From NCBI GenBank assembly GCA_011109175.1, contig RDEW01000033.1, forward strand, positions 596,207-660,206: DNA of 64,000 nt, read 5' to 3'. Source of the stretch: Dicyema japonicum. Its lineage: Eukaryota; Animalia; Dicyemida. Under the pieces are notes generated by a model. That model was not told the origin of the DNA. It was given only the letters and a program-made list of their open reading frames with translations, and searched no databases. Shown here one piece after another: positions 51,765-63,520 of the stretch. The translations under genes and the position numbers were made by a program. Position 1 is the first letter of the stretch. Every line of letters begins with the position of its first letter.

Positions 51765-51900
51765 TATTTATTTAAAAGTCCAAATATAACCGGAAAATGT
51801 TAAAACCAACTAATTAGGTGATCCCGGCTTCTAAAAATTTCAGGACTTGTTTGAATTGTGTCGCAGTGATATCTGACAAAGAAGTAGACGGAAGACTTTC
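51765..51900 (-). mobile_element. LINE 3' end (GIT-stop family)
   Basis: LEAGIT-stop, degenerate stem-loop, (TAAA)n tail. Confidence 0.55.
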
Positions 51901-52014
51901 ATCGGCCTTATTATGACATCAGCCGGGAATATCATTTATTAACAAATATTTTGAGGCAAATTGAATCTCCCGCAAATGTACCTATCAGATAAACAATGTA
52001 GTTGAATTGATTAA

Positions 52015-52333
52015 TAATAATCGCACTTTCCGAGGAGCCATATCAGTTATCGCTCCCCACAGGCAGAATACACACTTTATTTAGGCGAAGAACAGTCATA
52101 ATAGCTAATCGAGGGAGGATCAAGGAATGCTCTTCATTTCTTTGTTTTCTTTTTCTTGGTATATGTCCTATATAAACGATCCGGTTCCGCAGTGAAGTTC
52201 ACTTATGACGGCGTCACTCGTCAAGCCAAAGCATATTGATGCGTGGAACCTTCAACCGAAATTTGCAGTATCGGGATTCGAACTACCAACTTTCAGGCCT
52301 CTTGCCCGGCAACCGTCACTGCGCCACCTAACC
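52015..52333 (-). mobile_element. tRNA-headed SINE, divergent subfamily copy C
   Basis: Head AGGTGGCGCAGTG...AGTTCGAATCCC, same core GAAGGTTCCACGCATC...TGACGAGTGACGCCGTCAT, (TTA)n tail, TSD TTGATTAA at 52007-52014 and 52334-52341. Confidence 0.85.
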
Positions 52334-52789
52334 TTGATTAACTAAAATACCTAAAAAGCGAAAAAAAAGTTATTAATTTCTAAAATACTCTTGGAAAAAC
52401 GATTGTACGAATAATTTATTGATCCATCTTTCAGCTATACCTGTGCTTATTGGGGAATCAATCTGTCCTGGACAAACAAAAAAATCAGCGACATTCAGTC
52501 TTTGACAGCCACTACTATCAATAATCTCGGGAAACCAAAAAACTACTCGCCTCATCAGTTGAAAACCTCATCAACAAAATGGGAGAGGATTTGCTGTCTT
52601 GTGCAGGCAATGCAGTATCACTCCCAACAGTAGACAGCCAGGACGTGTCTTATGAGAAGGGTATAGATCACCTCGCTGCAATTTCTATTCCCCAAATCCT
52701 CCCGTCCACAGAGAAGCTGCCTTAGATTCAAGAAAAAAAACAAGGAGAGGATGACAAATCTGATTTAGGCAGCCGAGATCACTTAAATT

Positions 52790-52910
52790 AAAATTATTCC
52801 AAAGACCAATGGTAACGAAACTAACTAACTCCTTGATCCTGACTCGCTCCAGAACTTGTCTCAGGGCAACGACATTGTCCTCCGGGATAGAATAGTTGGA
52901 TCCTCTTGAT
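52790..52910 (-). mobile_element. LINE 3' end, same family as 2430-2560
   Basis: Direct sequence similarity to 2430-2560 and a terminal stem-loop. Confidence 0.6.
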
Positions 52911-53207
52911 GTCAGCCAGGTATTGGGCGTCTCCTCAGTAAGGTGGATCTAATAACGCCATCGAAAGGAAGGAAATAATTTATGACCAACTAGCCACATA
53001 GCACTAACTATTGGTGTTCTCGGGTTAATTTAAGTAATTTTTTTTATTTTTTTATTATTAAACTCATATTATTAAAGGAAAAGGAAAAAGAATAGATTTT
53101 CAAGAAGATTAAACACATTTAAGTAATTAAATTAACTACAAAAATTTTAATCAAATTTATTTTAAATTTAAATCAATCAGTAACGTGTTTGTGGTGGTGA
53201 AATCCTA

Positions 53208-55631
53208 ATGGCTTTGAATTCTTCCTCAAATGAGGACAATTACTTATCAGAATGGAACGATTTTGAGAAGGTTTTCATATAATCTTTAACCAATGGTAGA
53301 ACGCTGTAAATGATTTACGAAAATGTATCCAATCTCTGAATTCCGTCTGTCATAACACGGAAGAAACACAACGACTACTGTGCGCTTTTCCCTCACTTTC
53401 GAGATATGTTTAAAATCGAAGAAAAGAGAATAAAAAACTTGTAAGCTTAGTGACTCATGCCAGAATGACAAGACTGCTGTCGCACGGAATGATTAGATTG
53501 GATGTATTTGGGAATGACAGTTTAACAGGAATTGATGACGTTATGGACAGACTGATCGACTCAAATGACGTCATTCTCGAACGAATTGTATCTCCTATGT
53601 ATCAACCTAGAATTACTCTTTTGATGAGGAACTGGGCTTGGCCAAACGACCGGAATCCCCGAAACAATCAAGCGTTGGACGACCTCAGGAATTCTTCGTG
53701 GAGGAAGTGGACAATAGAAGAGAGTCTCTGTTCACTCCCAATCTGCCAATAAAGTACAATTCACTCATCGACGACATGACTGAGAGTCCCTACAACTATG
53801 AAATGTCACACTTTCAAGTCCCTTCGAGGCAGTTGGGGCGGACAGAAGTGATGGACTGCCGAGAACTGGGTGAGATCAGGTATGTGGAAACAGAGGACGA
53901 GTTGGAAGAACTAGTGGATTGTCTGTCCAAGCAAACAGAGTTTGGGGTGGATTTGGAGGTGGTTTTTTTGGCTTTAATCTAGCACCATTCGTATCATTCC
54001 TTTAATGGATTCACATGTCTAGTTCCAAATATCGACACGTGATTGCGATTACGTCATTGATGCTCTCTCTTTACGTCATAAACTGAACATCCTCAACAAA
54101 GTCTTCACTGATCCCAATATACTGAAGGTCCCCCTAATTCTCACTTTTAGGTCTTCCATGGAGCTGACTGTGACATCCTATGGCTACAGAAAGATTTTTC
54201 AGTCTACGTCGTCAACATGTTCGATACTGGGCAGGCTGCACGTGCTCTCTCTTACCCGAGATTCTCCCTGGCATATTTACTCAATAAATTCGAGTCAGTC
54301 CAGGCCAACAAGACCTACCAATTGGCTGATTGGAGAATCAGGTCATCCTCCAACTAATGTTAGACCTCTTCCCCGTGACATGGTGAATTATGCCTCTTTA
54401 GACACTCACTATTTACTCCATATTTACGATAATATTAGGAATGAGTTGGTGGACAACGACCTGCTGATGACTGTCTACCAGAAAAGCACTAATATTTGCA
54501 AAAAGGTGAAAATTATATGTCATTTCAGGTATACTCAAAGCCACTGTTCACTCCTCATGACTGTTTTCGTTTACCAACCAGGACAATGGATTGCAGACAG
54601 AAGTATGCCTTACTTATGTTGTATGATTGGAGAGACAGACTGGCAAGATTGGAAGATGAAAGTGTCGGGTACTATTATTTGTCATGTAGGTTTGTTCTCC
54701 CTACTCATATTTTACTGGAGTTGTGCTTTAGACTCCCTCAGAACAAGGATGCTATATTGGCATTCTGCAAGTCCCCTTAGTGTTTACCCACGTGGACAAA
54801 GTCCTCGGAATGCTTGTCAAGGCGTGTGTTACCCCCTATAATGAAGTATTTTTATCACTCATGTGAGGTTTCTCAAATTATGAGCGCTTTCTCCGTCGAC
54901 CCAAGTAATCAAACTAACTACCACGTGGGTAAGTCCCTGAATAGACTACATGATTTTGATGGGAGTGATCTAAACTGGGCAAGGTGTGAATATACTGGTA
55001 GTATTAGCACTGAATGATAGTGGGAGTCAAAAACGTGACCTCTCCGTTTGTAAATGACGGCTATAGTAATGTAATTATGTAGTTGTTATATTAGTCACGT
55101 GCGGAGTGTAGAGATATGTATGTGAATCGAGCACGTATATACCGGTACTATTGTAAGGGTGTACATAAGGATGTGATGGCCACTGAGTGTCTCTACCAGG
55201 TGAATTTATTCTTATTGGTAGTGTTTTGCAAAGTGGGAATTTAAGGCTAGTAATGTGAAGACTGAGGAAAAGTCAATCAAAGTGGAAGAGAAGGAGGAGA
55301 TTGTCTCTGTCGATTTTACTCGGACTGAGTCGAAGACGTTTTTTCCATTCTCAAGGAAACGTGAGAAGTCAGTCCAGCAGAACTCTGTCACTGCCAAGCG
55401 ATTTCGTAGTAAAAAGGTAATTTTGTCTATTATTACGAAAGACTGAGAGTGGATTTACTTCCTTTGATTATGCGAGTAAAGTTAAGGCAGGAATAACTGA
55501 AGTTAAGACAATTGACAGGGGTAAAGTGAAGAGTAGAGTGAAGAGTAAAAATGTTAGCTGTGTGTTTATTGTAGATTTTCAAGAAGGTTAAAAACAGAAA
55601 GAAGTTAGTGAACAAACCTATTTATAAATGA
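53208..55631 (+). CDS. EXOSC10: Exosome exonuclease Rrp6/EXOSC10 (PMC2NT, DEDDy exonuclease, HRDC), about 11 micro-introns
   Basis: FGVDLE/HHSYHSFNGFTCL, VFHGADCDILWLQKDF, NMFDTGQAA, YQLADWRIRPLP, DTHYLLHIYD and HRDC WRDRLARLEDES. Three 1-nt homopolymer indels (53364-66, 54025-26, 54773-76). Confidence 0.9.
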
Positions 55632-56799
55632 TTTTGTATGTTTCAATATGTTGTTATTGGTTGTTGTTGATGATGGTTGTTATTAAATTTCTCACGTGTA
55701 GTTTATGGGTGATAGGTTCATTGGGCTGGAAGAGATGAGAATAAAGGTCCTACGTGAATCCGACACCTCCTTCTTCAAAATTACGGGTTCTTAACGTCTC
55801 TCGGTTCCGTTACCTCCTCATAAGAAGATGGAAGACAAGGGATTTTACCATCATTAAGCTAAGCATTTCTTGAATTGTTGGCATGCCACCACCTACACCT
55901 TTCGATTAATTAATCACACAAGAGTTTGTTAAAATACAGTTAATTCTCACAAAAGCCACATTTAGAATAATTTTCTGAGAAAAATTCTATTATCATTATT
56001 ATTGACCATTTTTTAAATTAACCACAATTTTAAATTTAATTTCACTGTACTTATTTTCGTCATAATCATAAAATTTTCCCATCATGACTCGGGGAACAAA
56101 AAAGGGGATGCATTACAACGTTAGACTTAAAGCGAAACGGTAAAATTATTTTTAAATTCAATCAAAAATCTGTCATATGTTCATGTTGAGGAACTGTCAA
56201 TTTACTTAAAAATAGGAATGATGCAAGATGAGTGATAAAAATATTATGCTCAGAGAACATACGTAAAGGAGAATTAATTCGAAAACTAAACAATTTTCCC
56301 AGGATCACCTAAATTTGATCTTTTGCATTCTATTACAGTACTAGCTGGTCCACATTTCTGAAGATAAGATATTCTTAGTCCCTCTGACTACCTTATTATT
56401 CCGCTATTTGTCCAGTTTGTAGACACGTGGGTCTGCCTGAATTCTATCCACAACTATATCTCTCACAAAATCTCTTTGGTATTATTACGATTAAGCCTAG
56501 ATTGCCGCCGACGCATTGAAGTGCCTGATCTTGGCTTCCCTGTGCCAGTAGAATAACGCCCTGTTTGATTATAAAATAAAAAAAGTGGGGATGACTCAGA
56601 TGCTGAGGATTTTGGCCCCATTGAGAAACGCTGAGATACACAATAGTTGATAAGAAATATGGAAAGTAAATGGGATGAACGTTTAGAAGGGATACATCTT
56701 TGACATCAACGTAAATCGGATGATTGATTAATTTATTGAAAAAGATTAAAAGTTAATTTTTATTTTGTAATTTTTAGTATTAGATAGGATTATGGTTTA

Positions 56800-57110
56800 G
56801 ATGCATGTGGCTATGGGGCCCATTCATCTCTTGGATGAATATCTTGAAGATTGAGGCTAGCCTAAAAAGAGCCTCCAAAATCACGGAACGCTGTATTTCT
56901 GGAAAGTTCCAGCCACCAATGCCTCACTAAGCCTTGATACGAATGAACCATGGAACGCGCCGTCGTCACTGCGAAGGTCCAGTCACTCGACCGATGCGTG
57001 CTTGTGGTCGAAGGAGGAGCATCGGGCCAAGATGAGGTCCCTGCTAGAGCGTGCTGGGATCACGTGATTAGTTAGTTCGTGTAACCGTGGTCTCTGGTGT
57101 TATTATTATT
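56800..57110 (+). mobile_element. LINE 3' fragment (GIT-stop family)
   Basis: EEHRAKMRSLLERAGIT-stop, stem-loop, (TTA)n tail. Confidence 0.75.
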
Positions 57111-57779
57111 ATTGTATGGAAATCCATAAAAAATAGATAATTGGATTTAAAATTTAAATACAGGGGTCGCATGAAACAGATATACGATTTTGTTTATGCG
57201 AGAACAATCCGAATACTCGATGATAATAAAATACTATACCGGCCCTCTCCTCTAATAAACCAATCAGAATATTCTCTTCCTAGGGACATCTGGGTAACCT
57301 CAGCTCGTCTACGATGTGGGCACCGCCATTCTCTACCGACGTACGATGTCCTCTGTTCCTTTTGCAATTAATCTAAATTGATAACAAATCACCTACTTCA
57401 ATGTCCTGAATTAGTACAATTTTCGTCTACAATGCCAAGACTGACCGATCTATGGGAGCGACCGGCATTTCCTACTTAATAGCAGCTGGCAAGTTAGTGT
57501 GGCCAGGGTAACTTAACTAACTAAAGTTAAATAATACGTTGGTTTTTTGACAAAAGAATTTTTTGAAAAAAACTTTTTTAAAGTATTTTGGCATTTATAC
57601 TTAAAAACTAAAATTTAAATTTCAATAAATTTGATTTTAAATGGTGGAGCGCTACATCATCGGACTGACATTTTTACAAAAAATGGTCATTATTATTAAA
57701 GCAACATGCGTAAAACCATAGTAGTTATAGTTTCACCCACGTGGCGTAAGAAACTATCAAACTAACTAAATGATTCCAC

Positions 57780-58210
57780 CTTCAGTGGTCATGTGCAGCC
57801 TCCCTCAAGTCGTCCATGTGTTCTCTGCATTTCATTTTCCTTTCGGCATACTTGGGATCACATCAACTTTTCCAAGAAGTGTGATTCGTGGGCGTCCAAA
57901 GAAACGTGATCCAGTCACCACGAAGTAATCCTTCATCGCTATATGAGTTCGGGTGTCCATTTTCAATCTCAGTATATGTCCGAAGAGCCTCCATCTCAAA
58001 TCAGTGATCTCGAGACTCAAAGGACCAGTGGAGTTTTCTTGCTTATTTTCTTCATCAATTCAATCAGAGCATTGTCCTCAGCTGTCTTAGATGAAGTCTA
58101 CTCCCTATTCCTCAGGCTTGGACATTGCCCACGTTGATGTATTATAAACTAGGACTGGTTTAAAATGGCATTTTATGATGTACTTGATCTTATTCCGTCA
58201 ATCCAGTTCA
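57780..58210 (-). mobile_element. RTE-like LINE 3' fragment
   Basis: LRWRLFGHILRL...FFGRPRITLL motif. Confidence 0.75.
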
Positions 58211-58329
58211 GAGCAGCTGTAGCGAGGGTCCTTGTTCGAATCATTCTATTGTAAATTATGAATTAAAATAATAATAGATAATAAATATTTTTTAATTTAA
58301 ATTTTTATAAAATTCAAATATTTCAATCA

Positions 58330-60069
58330 ATGAGCAACACTAGTTTAGTTGGGTATGTTTATATTAATTAAATTTAGACGACTTCCACAAGCAAAACACA
58401 GTTTAAGCTACCAAAATACTATTTCTGAACCAGAATCAGTTAGCTTTACACATTTATAATTGCAGAGAATAGTTCCTGTTAGTGGAGTTCCAAAACTAGG
58501 ACAGCGACAAGGATGGGTACCTAGACGAGCCACAGACTTTGAGGATGGTGGAGCTTTCCCAGAAATCCATGTTGCTCAGTACCCACTGGGAATGGGACTC
58601 GAAAAGACCAAATCCAATGCCATATCAGCCACACTTGACTCTGAAGGCCGAATAAACTTTGACGCTGTTGTTAAACAGGGCCAGCCAAACAATCGTGTTA
58701 TTTTTTCCCGCCTAAAAGACATGAAACCTACAACTTTCGACGAATCTGACCCTCCATGCAGAAACCCGATGATGATGACGCTACTAAGGTTGGTTCCATG
58801 CAATATTCAGATACATGACGAGACTCAGAATGCAGTGAACAAGATTTTGGGCACAAAAATGGAGGCAACTTCTTTTCTCCCTAAATTCGAGGAGCCTGTG
58901 ATTTACAGGTATCACGTGGGTCTTCATTTAGACACACTCCATCCGAACAAGGGATGGCCTTCAACTCTGGGGCCAAACAGAGGCTCATCAGAGTGTTTGA
59001 GGCTCAGAAAGACCCAATAGAACCCTCTAGGTTCAGAATAAACCGAAAGATCCCACGTGGGCCACCATCTCCTCCTGCCCCAGTGCTGAGGTCCCCAGAT
59101 CACAAGGTAGAGTTAGGTAATGAGTCAGCCCACGCAAGAGGAGTTACAGAATTGGAAGATTCCTCCGTGTATATCTAACTGGAAGAACAACCGAGTAGGC
59201 CTCGTGCACATAACTGTAGGGATTCACAGTGCCGTTGGATAAACGATTGGCCGCTGATGGAAGGGGTCTGCAGACACTACACATAAACGAGAAGTTTGCA
59301 AAATTCGCTGAAGCATTGTACATAGCGGACAGAAAGGCGAGAGAGGAGGTTGAGAAGAGGAATCAATATCACGAACGAGTGGCACAAAAAGCGAGGGAGA
59401 GAGAGGAGGAGAGACTGAGGTTGGCAGCCCAGAGAGCACGCGAAGAGAAGACAATGTACAAACCTGTGGTGGGGGATGATGAGTTTGCTGAGAGAGAGGA
59501 ATACCGAGTGGTAAAGCAGCATGAACGACAGAGAGAACGGAATATTGCTAGAAGGGACCCCTCAAAGAAGTAATAGTGATGGTTATGGCAGGGGGAAGAC
59601 CAGGGAACGGGATATCACAGAGAAGATCGCCATTGGGATCCCCAACGCTAATGTAGCTAGGGGGGATACGGACAAGTTTGACGCTCGGTTATTCAATCAA
59701 CCTCAGGGATTGGACACTGGCTTTAATGATGGAGATGATGAAGGATATAATGTCTATGACAAACCGTGGAGGTCGGAAGTTGGAGGGCAGATCTACAAAC
59801 CATCAAAATCCATGATTGATAGAGAGAACTACGGAGATGAACTACAGAAGGAGATTAATACTAATAGGTTGGGGTTGGAGTTATGCAGATTTGTGCCCGA
59901 GAAGGGGTTTAAGGGAGCTGACAAGGGAGCACGAGCTGATGGAGGACCTGTTCAATTTGAGAAGGAGGCTGATCCATTTGGATTGACCAAGTTCTTTAGT
60001 GATGCCAAATCTGGTCATAAGAGAAGTGGAGGGGATGAGGAAACATCTTCTTCTAAAAGAAGACATTGA
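58330..60069 (+). CDS. SNW1: SNW domain protein 1 (SKIP/Prp45), 8 micro-introns
   Basis: DGGAFPEIHVAQYP, AFNSGAKQR, KIPRGPPSPPAPV, WKIPPCISNWKN, PLDKRLAADGRGLQ, DPFGL. Introns of 25, 27, 22, 23, 22, 25, 22 and 21 nt. One missing base in CCC at 58750-58752. Confidence 0.95.
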
Positions 60070-60779
60070 TTTTTTTGGATTTTAATTTTAAAATAAGTTT
60101 TTAATGTGTTATACTGCAACGAAAATATTTAATTTATACTTCTTATTTTTATCACGACATACTTTAATGGAACCACGTGTATTTGTTGTGGAATTAGAAG
60201 CGAAATTGAAAAGTGACTAAACTTGGAGGAAGAATATACACGATTTCGTCTTTACGTGTGTGCACCTCCGAAGAAAACATGGTACTAAGCACAGATCTTC
60301 TGAGATGAGCGGTTTAGAACTGTTTTTCCCGAGGACGGTCGGAACGGAACTTTCACATCTGGGATGTGGACATCATCCATCAAAAACTTTGCTTGCTTTC
60401 GACCTAGGTTTTGACTTGAAAGGTGGTAGTTCTAATAGATGAATCTGAAGTCAGAGAACAATAGTTCATATTAGAATTGATTGGAAGTATAAAAATCCGT
60501 CAGATTTGTTGTTGTTATTTATAATTAAAGTTAGCAGTAAGACAACAAAATAGTCATTTTTGCAACAATAATAAAGAGGAATCCTCAAAAAATAAAATAG
60601 TCAACTATCATTTCACCGCAAAACAATAGTATCAACTACATTCCATACATCTAACAAAGTTGACTCAATTCATAGGATGGACTGAGATGTATTAGTCTCT
60701 CACATGAAAGAACTGTATTAGTCAGGAATTCGACTAAGCTTTTGATTCCGTACCGAGGAAGGCTTTAAAATTTAAAATT

Positions 60780-61230
60780 TTCACCATCACTATCCACCTG
60801 AAGATCCAGATGTGGCTGGCAAAGTTCATCAATGGCTGAAGAGGCTAAGTTGTGATGAACAATCGAAAATCAAAACTAAGATACTTTCCCACGGGATCCC
60901 TCAAGGATCCTCACTAACGCCGGTATTATTCACTCTTTTACAAGAGACCTTCTAACCACAAAATCTCAAAAAATCATCCGTCTGTCTTATGCCGACGATC
61001 TCATTGTGGCAGCAATAAACGTGATCACAAAGAGGCTACTTGGAGGGCTCATTAGACGTTCGACAATATGAGTCCATGGTTCCTCAAGAATCGCATGAAT
61101 ATGTCCCCTGGAAGTAGAACACTAGGGTTATCTCTTCCTACAGGAAACATATGTCTCTCGATCCTAAATTAACTTGGAATGGAGAAGTATTCCAGTTAAG
61201 AAGAACCCCTCAATCCTCGACCTCTTTTGG
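60780..61230 (+). mobile_element. LINE reverse transcriptase fragment
   Basis: GIPQGSSLTPVLF and LSYADDLIVAA motifs. Confidence 0.7.
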
Positions 61231-61699
61231 AAAATCAAGACATCCAAAATATATAAATTGACAGCAGTAAATAATAATAGTATTAACAGCATTTAGAAAT
61301 GCATTCTATTCAATAATTATAAGCAGGGCGAGTTGTTTCTAGCACTTTAAACATTTATTAGCGCAAAAAGCAAAAAAATAAATATTATCAAAAAATAGCA
61401 CTTATGAAAATAAAATCTATAATTATAATGACATGCGACGTTTAATATTTTTTTAAATTGAAAACAATTTATTACATAACAGGACAATCAAAATAATCAC
61501 CTGATAGGATGGAATGGCTGTTTCCCATGACAACTGCCAAAGAAATCCTTTGCTAACTCGGTTTCCCGACGCTTATTGTTATCTTTCGAAATCATTTACT
61601 CAAGCGATCTTAGAAAAGAGACCTTCTTGGGTCCAACAACAACGGGTTGAACATGAAGTCTTGTGGAGAGGCTGTCGTATTTTTTATCTTGAAATTCTC

Positions 61700-61890
61700 T
61701 AAAGTCAGAACAGTTCCCCAGCTTTCAACGCGGAACCAGCCATCTGTACGCTTTCCATCTCTACGATCCAGGCCCACGGTTCCAGAGACGACGGGAATAT
61801 AGCCGCCTCAAGAGAGCGCTTCACAACCCCGTTGATGGCTGCATGCCTCCGGAACCGCCTCTGCTGAGACGGCAAGAGAGCAGGTGAAGT
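61700..61890 (-). mobile_element. CRE-like RLE fragment
   Basis: RRFRRHAAINGVVKRSLEAAIFPSSLEP aligns to RFPRHKAINGIVKRALESAGYPAILEP of 14305-15120. Confidence 0.75.
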
Positions 61891-63114
61891 CATTTAACAT
61901 TATTATTATTGAAGTTCCTGTCGTTTTTAAATATTAAGCATTTTAATAGCTTTCTGCAGATGAAAAGGATACTTGACATTGTGACATTGTGACAAATAAG
62001 ATAATCCCAATTGAAAATTTGTTACTCTGACACATTTTTAAATCCATTTCGTTCATTTTTCCTTCTATGTAATTCTTTATATCGCCGAGTAAATAGTTTT
62101 GAATATCATTAAACCAGCTTCCCATCTACATAAATTAAATAAGGATAATGCATCCGATGCCCTTAAACAAATGACACTGTTCGGTTTTTAACTGTGACAG
62201 CTTAAACAATCGGGATATGCGTACTTTTACGCAGAATCATTTGTAGAACAGTTGACTTTAAATAAGCAAATCAAACAAGATAGTTTCCCAGTAGGTTAGG
62301 GTGTATATTGTGTTCTGGAGAAGGGTTACCGGTTCCATTTGCATCTTCCAACTCTTATTTAATTTGTTTTAATGTTTTCTAGAATTGATAAGAACAACTT
62401 TTCCCGTTCAGGCGATTGACCAGGTGACGCCATCTATATGCTCTGATTGATACTTAGTTTTCTGATGGTTTCAAAGATTTCAAGTCTTTCGGATGGCATC
62501 GTTTCATAAGGTTTCTCCTTTTTGAGTGTAAGTTTCCGGGAATTGATGGTTTGTGAGAAAGAACTGTCGGCAATTTGAATGACTACTGATAATTTTGCGA
62601 TGAGAGTCTTTTGGCCAATTCCACGTCAACCAAGATACAGAAACCAGACCAATCAACCGTCCTATAGTTCTTGAATATTTTCACTTCAGCTCGCAGTATC
62701 CGGTCTCTTCGAAATCCTCTTAACATAAGGATGATGGATTGTGGTGGCTGTAAAGACCATAATTCACATTCCATGAAGCAAGTCCTGTTAAAGAGGGAAC
62801 ATAAGTTAAATTGGAAGATGTGCAGCTATCAGTGCTCCTTAATGCGGTTCTTGAGTGTAATTTAGTGTCATTTAGAATAATCGTCTCAATAAGATCATTT
62901 GTGATCTCAAGTACTGTGAAGCAAGCCAAACTAACCACTTTCACGAGACCCATGATACTTATAGCCCGGCATGTGCGACATAAGACACGATTTGGATATT
63001 AATCTCTTTCAAATACTTCGACTGTTAGCTGGAATTTCAATGAGTTCAGTTCATTTTCAGATTACAACCTTTTACAGGTTTTTTTGTAAGACGATTGGCT
63101 GAGTTACTCTAGGT

Positions 63115-63160
63115 CAGTGGTTCTTAACCTTTTTTAAGTCAGCGCCCCTTTACGATTTAA
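63115..63160 (+). mobile_element. Left terminus of a Charlie/Buster-type hAT element
   Basis: CAGTGGTTCTTAACCTTTTT preceded by CTCTAGGT (nnnTAnnn). The matching right end was not found. Confidence 0.5.
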
Positions 63161-63328
63161 TTTTTTCAATTGCTGGTTTGTACGTAGAAACTTTTTTTCC
63201 ATCATTAAAGTGCAATGCCTACTGACCAAATTTTAATATTATCAAATATTACTAATTATTTTTAAAATTAAAAAGTTTATTCACAAAAAAACTTTTTTTG
63301 TTATATAAAAACAAATTTAGTGACTGCC

Positions 63329-63520
63329 GTCATCAGTGGAAACTCACTGCGGAACTGGATTGTCTAGAAAGGACACTCACACATGAAAAAGAAAAAAAAG
63401 TGAAGATCAATCCTTGGTTCTACGATTAGTTAAAATTAACTGTTCTTTACTTAAATAAAGTGTGTGTCCTGCCTATGCGGAGCTATAAATACTATGGCTC
63501 TCGTGAAAAGGCTTTAAAAA
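63329..63520 (+). mobile_element. 5'-truncated copy D of the tRNA-headed SINE
   Basis: Body and tail nearly identical to copies A and B. 10-bp TSD AGTGACTGCC at 63319-63328 and 63521-63530. Confidence 0.88.

Noticed and set aside
631-60069. Apparent clustering of RNA-processing genes (RtcB, Cwc23-like, dsRBD, Rrp6, SNW1)
   Set aside because: They are interspersed with unrelated genes and TEs on both strands. With about ten housekeeping genes this is compatible with chance.
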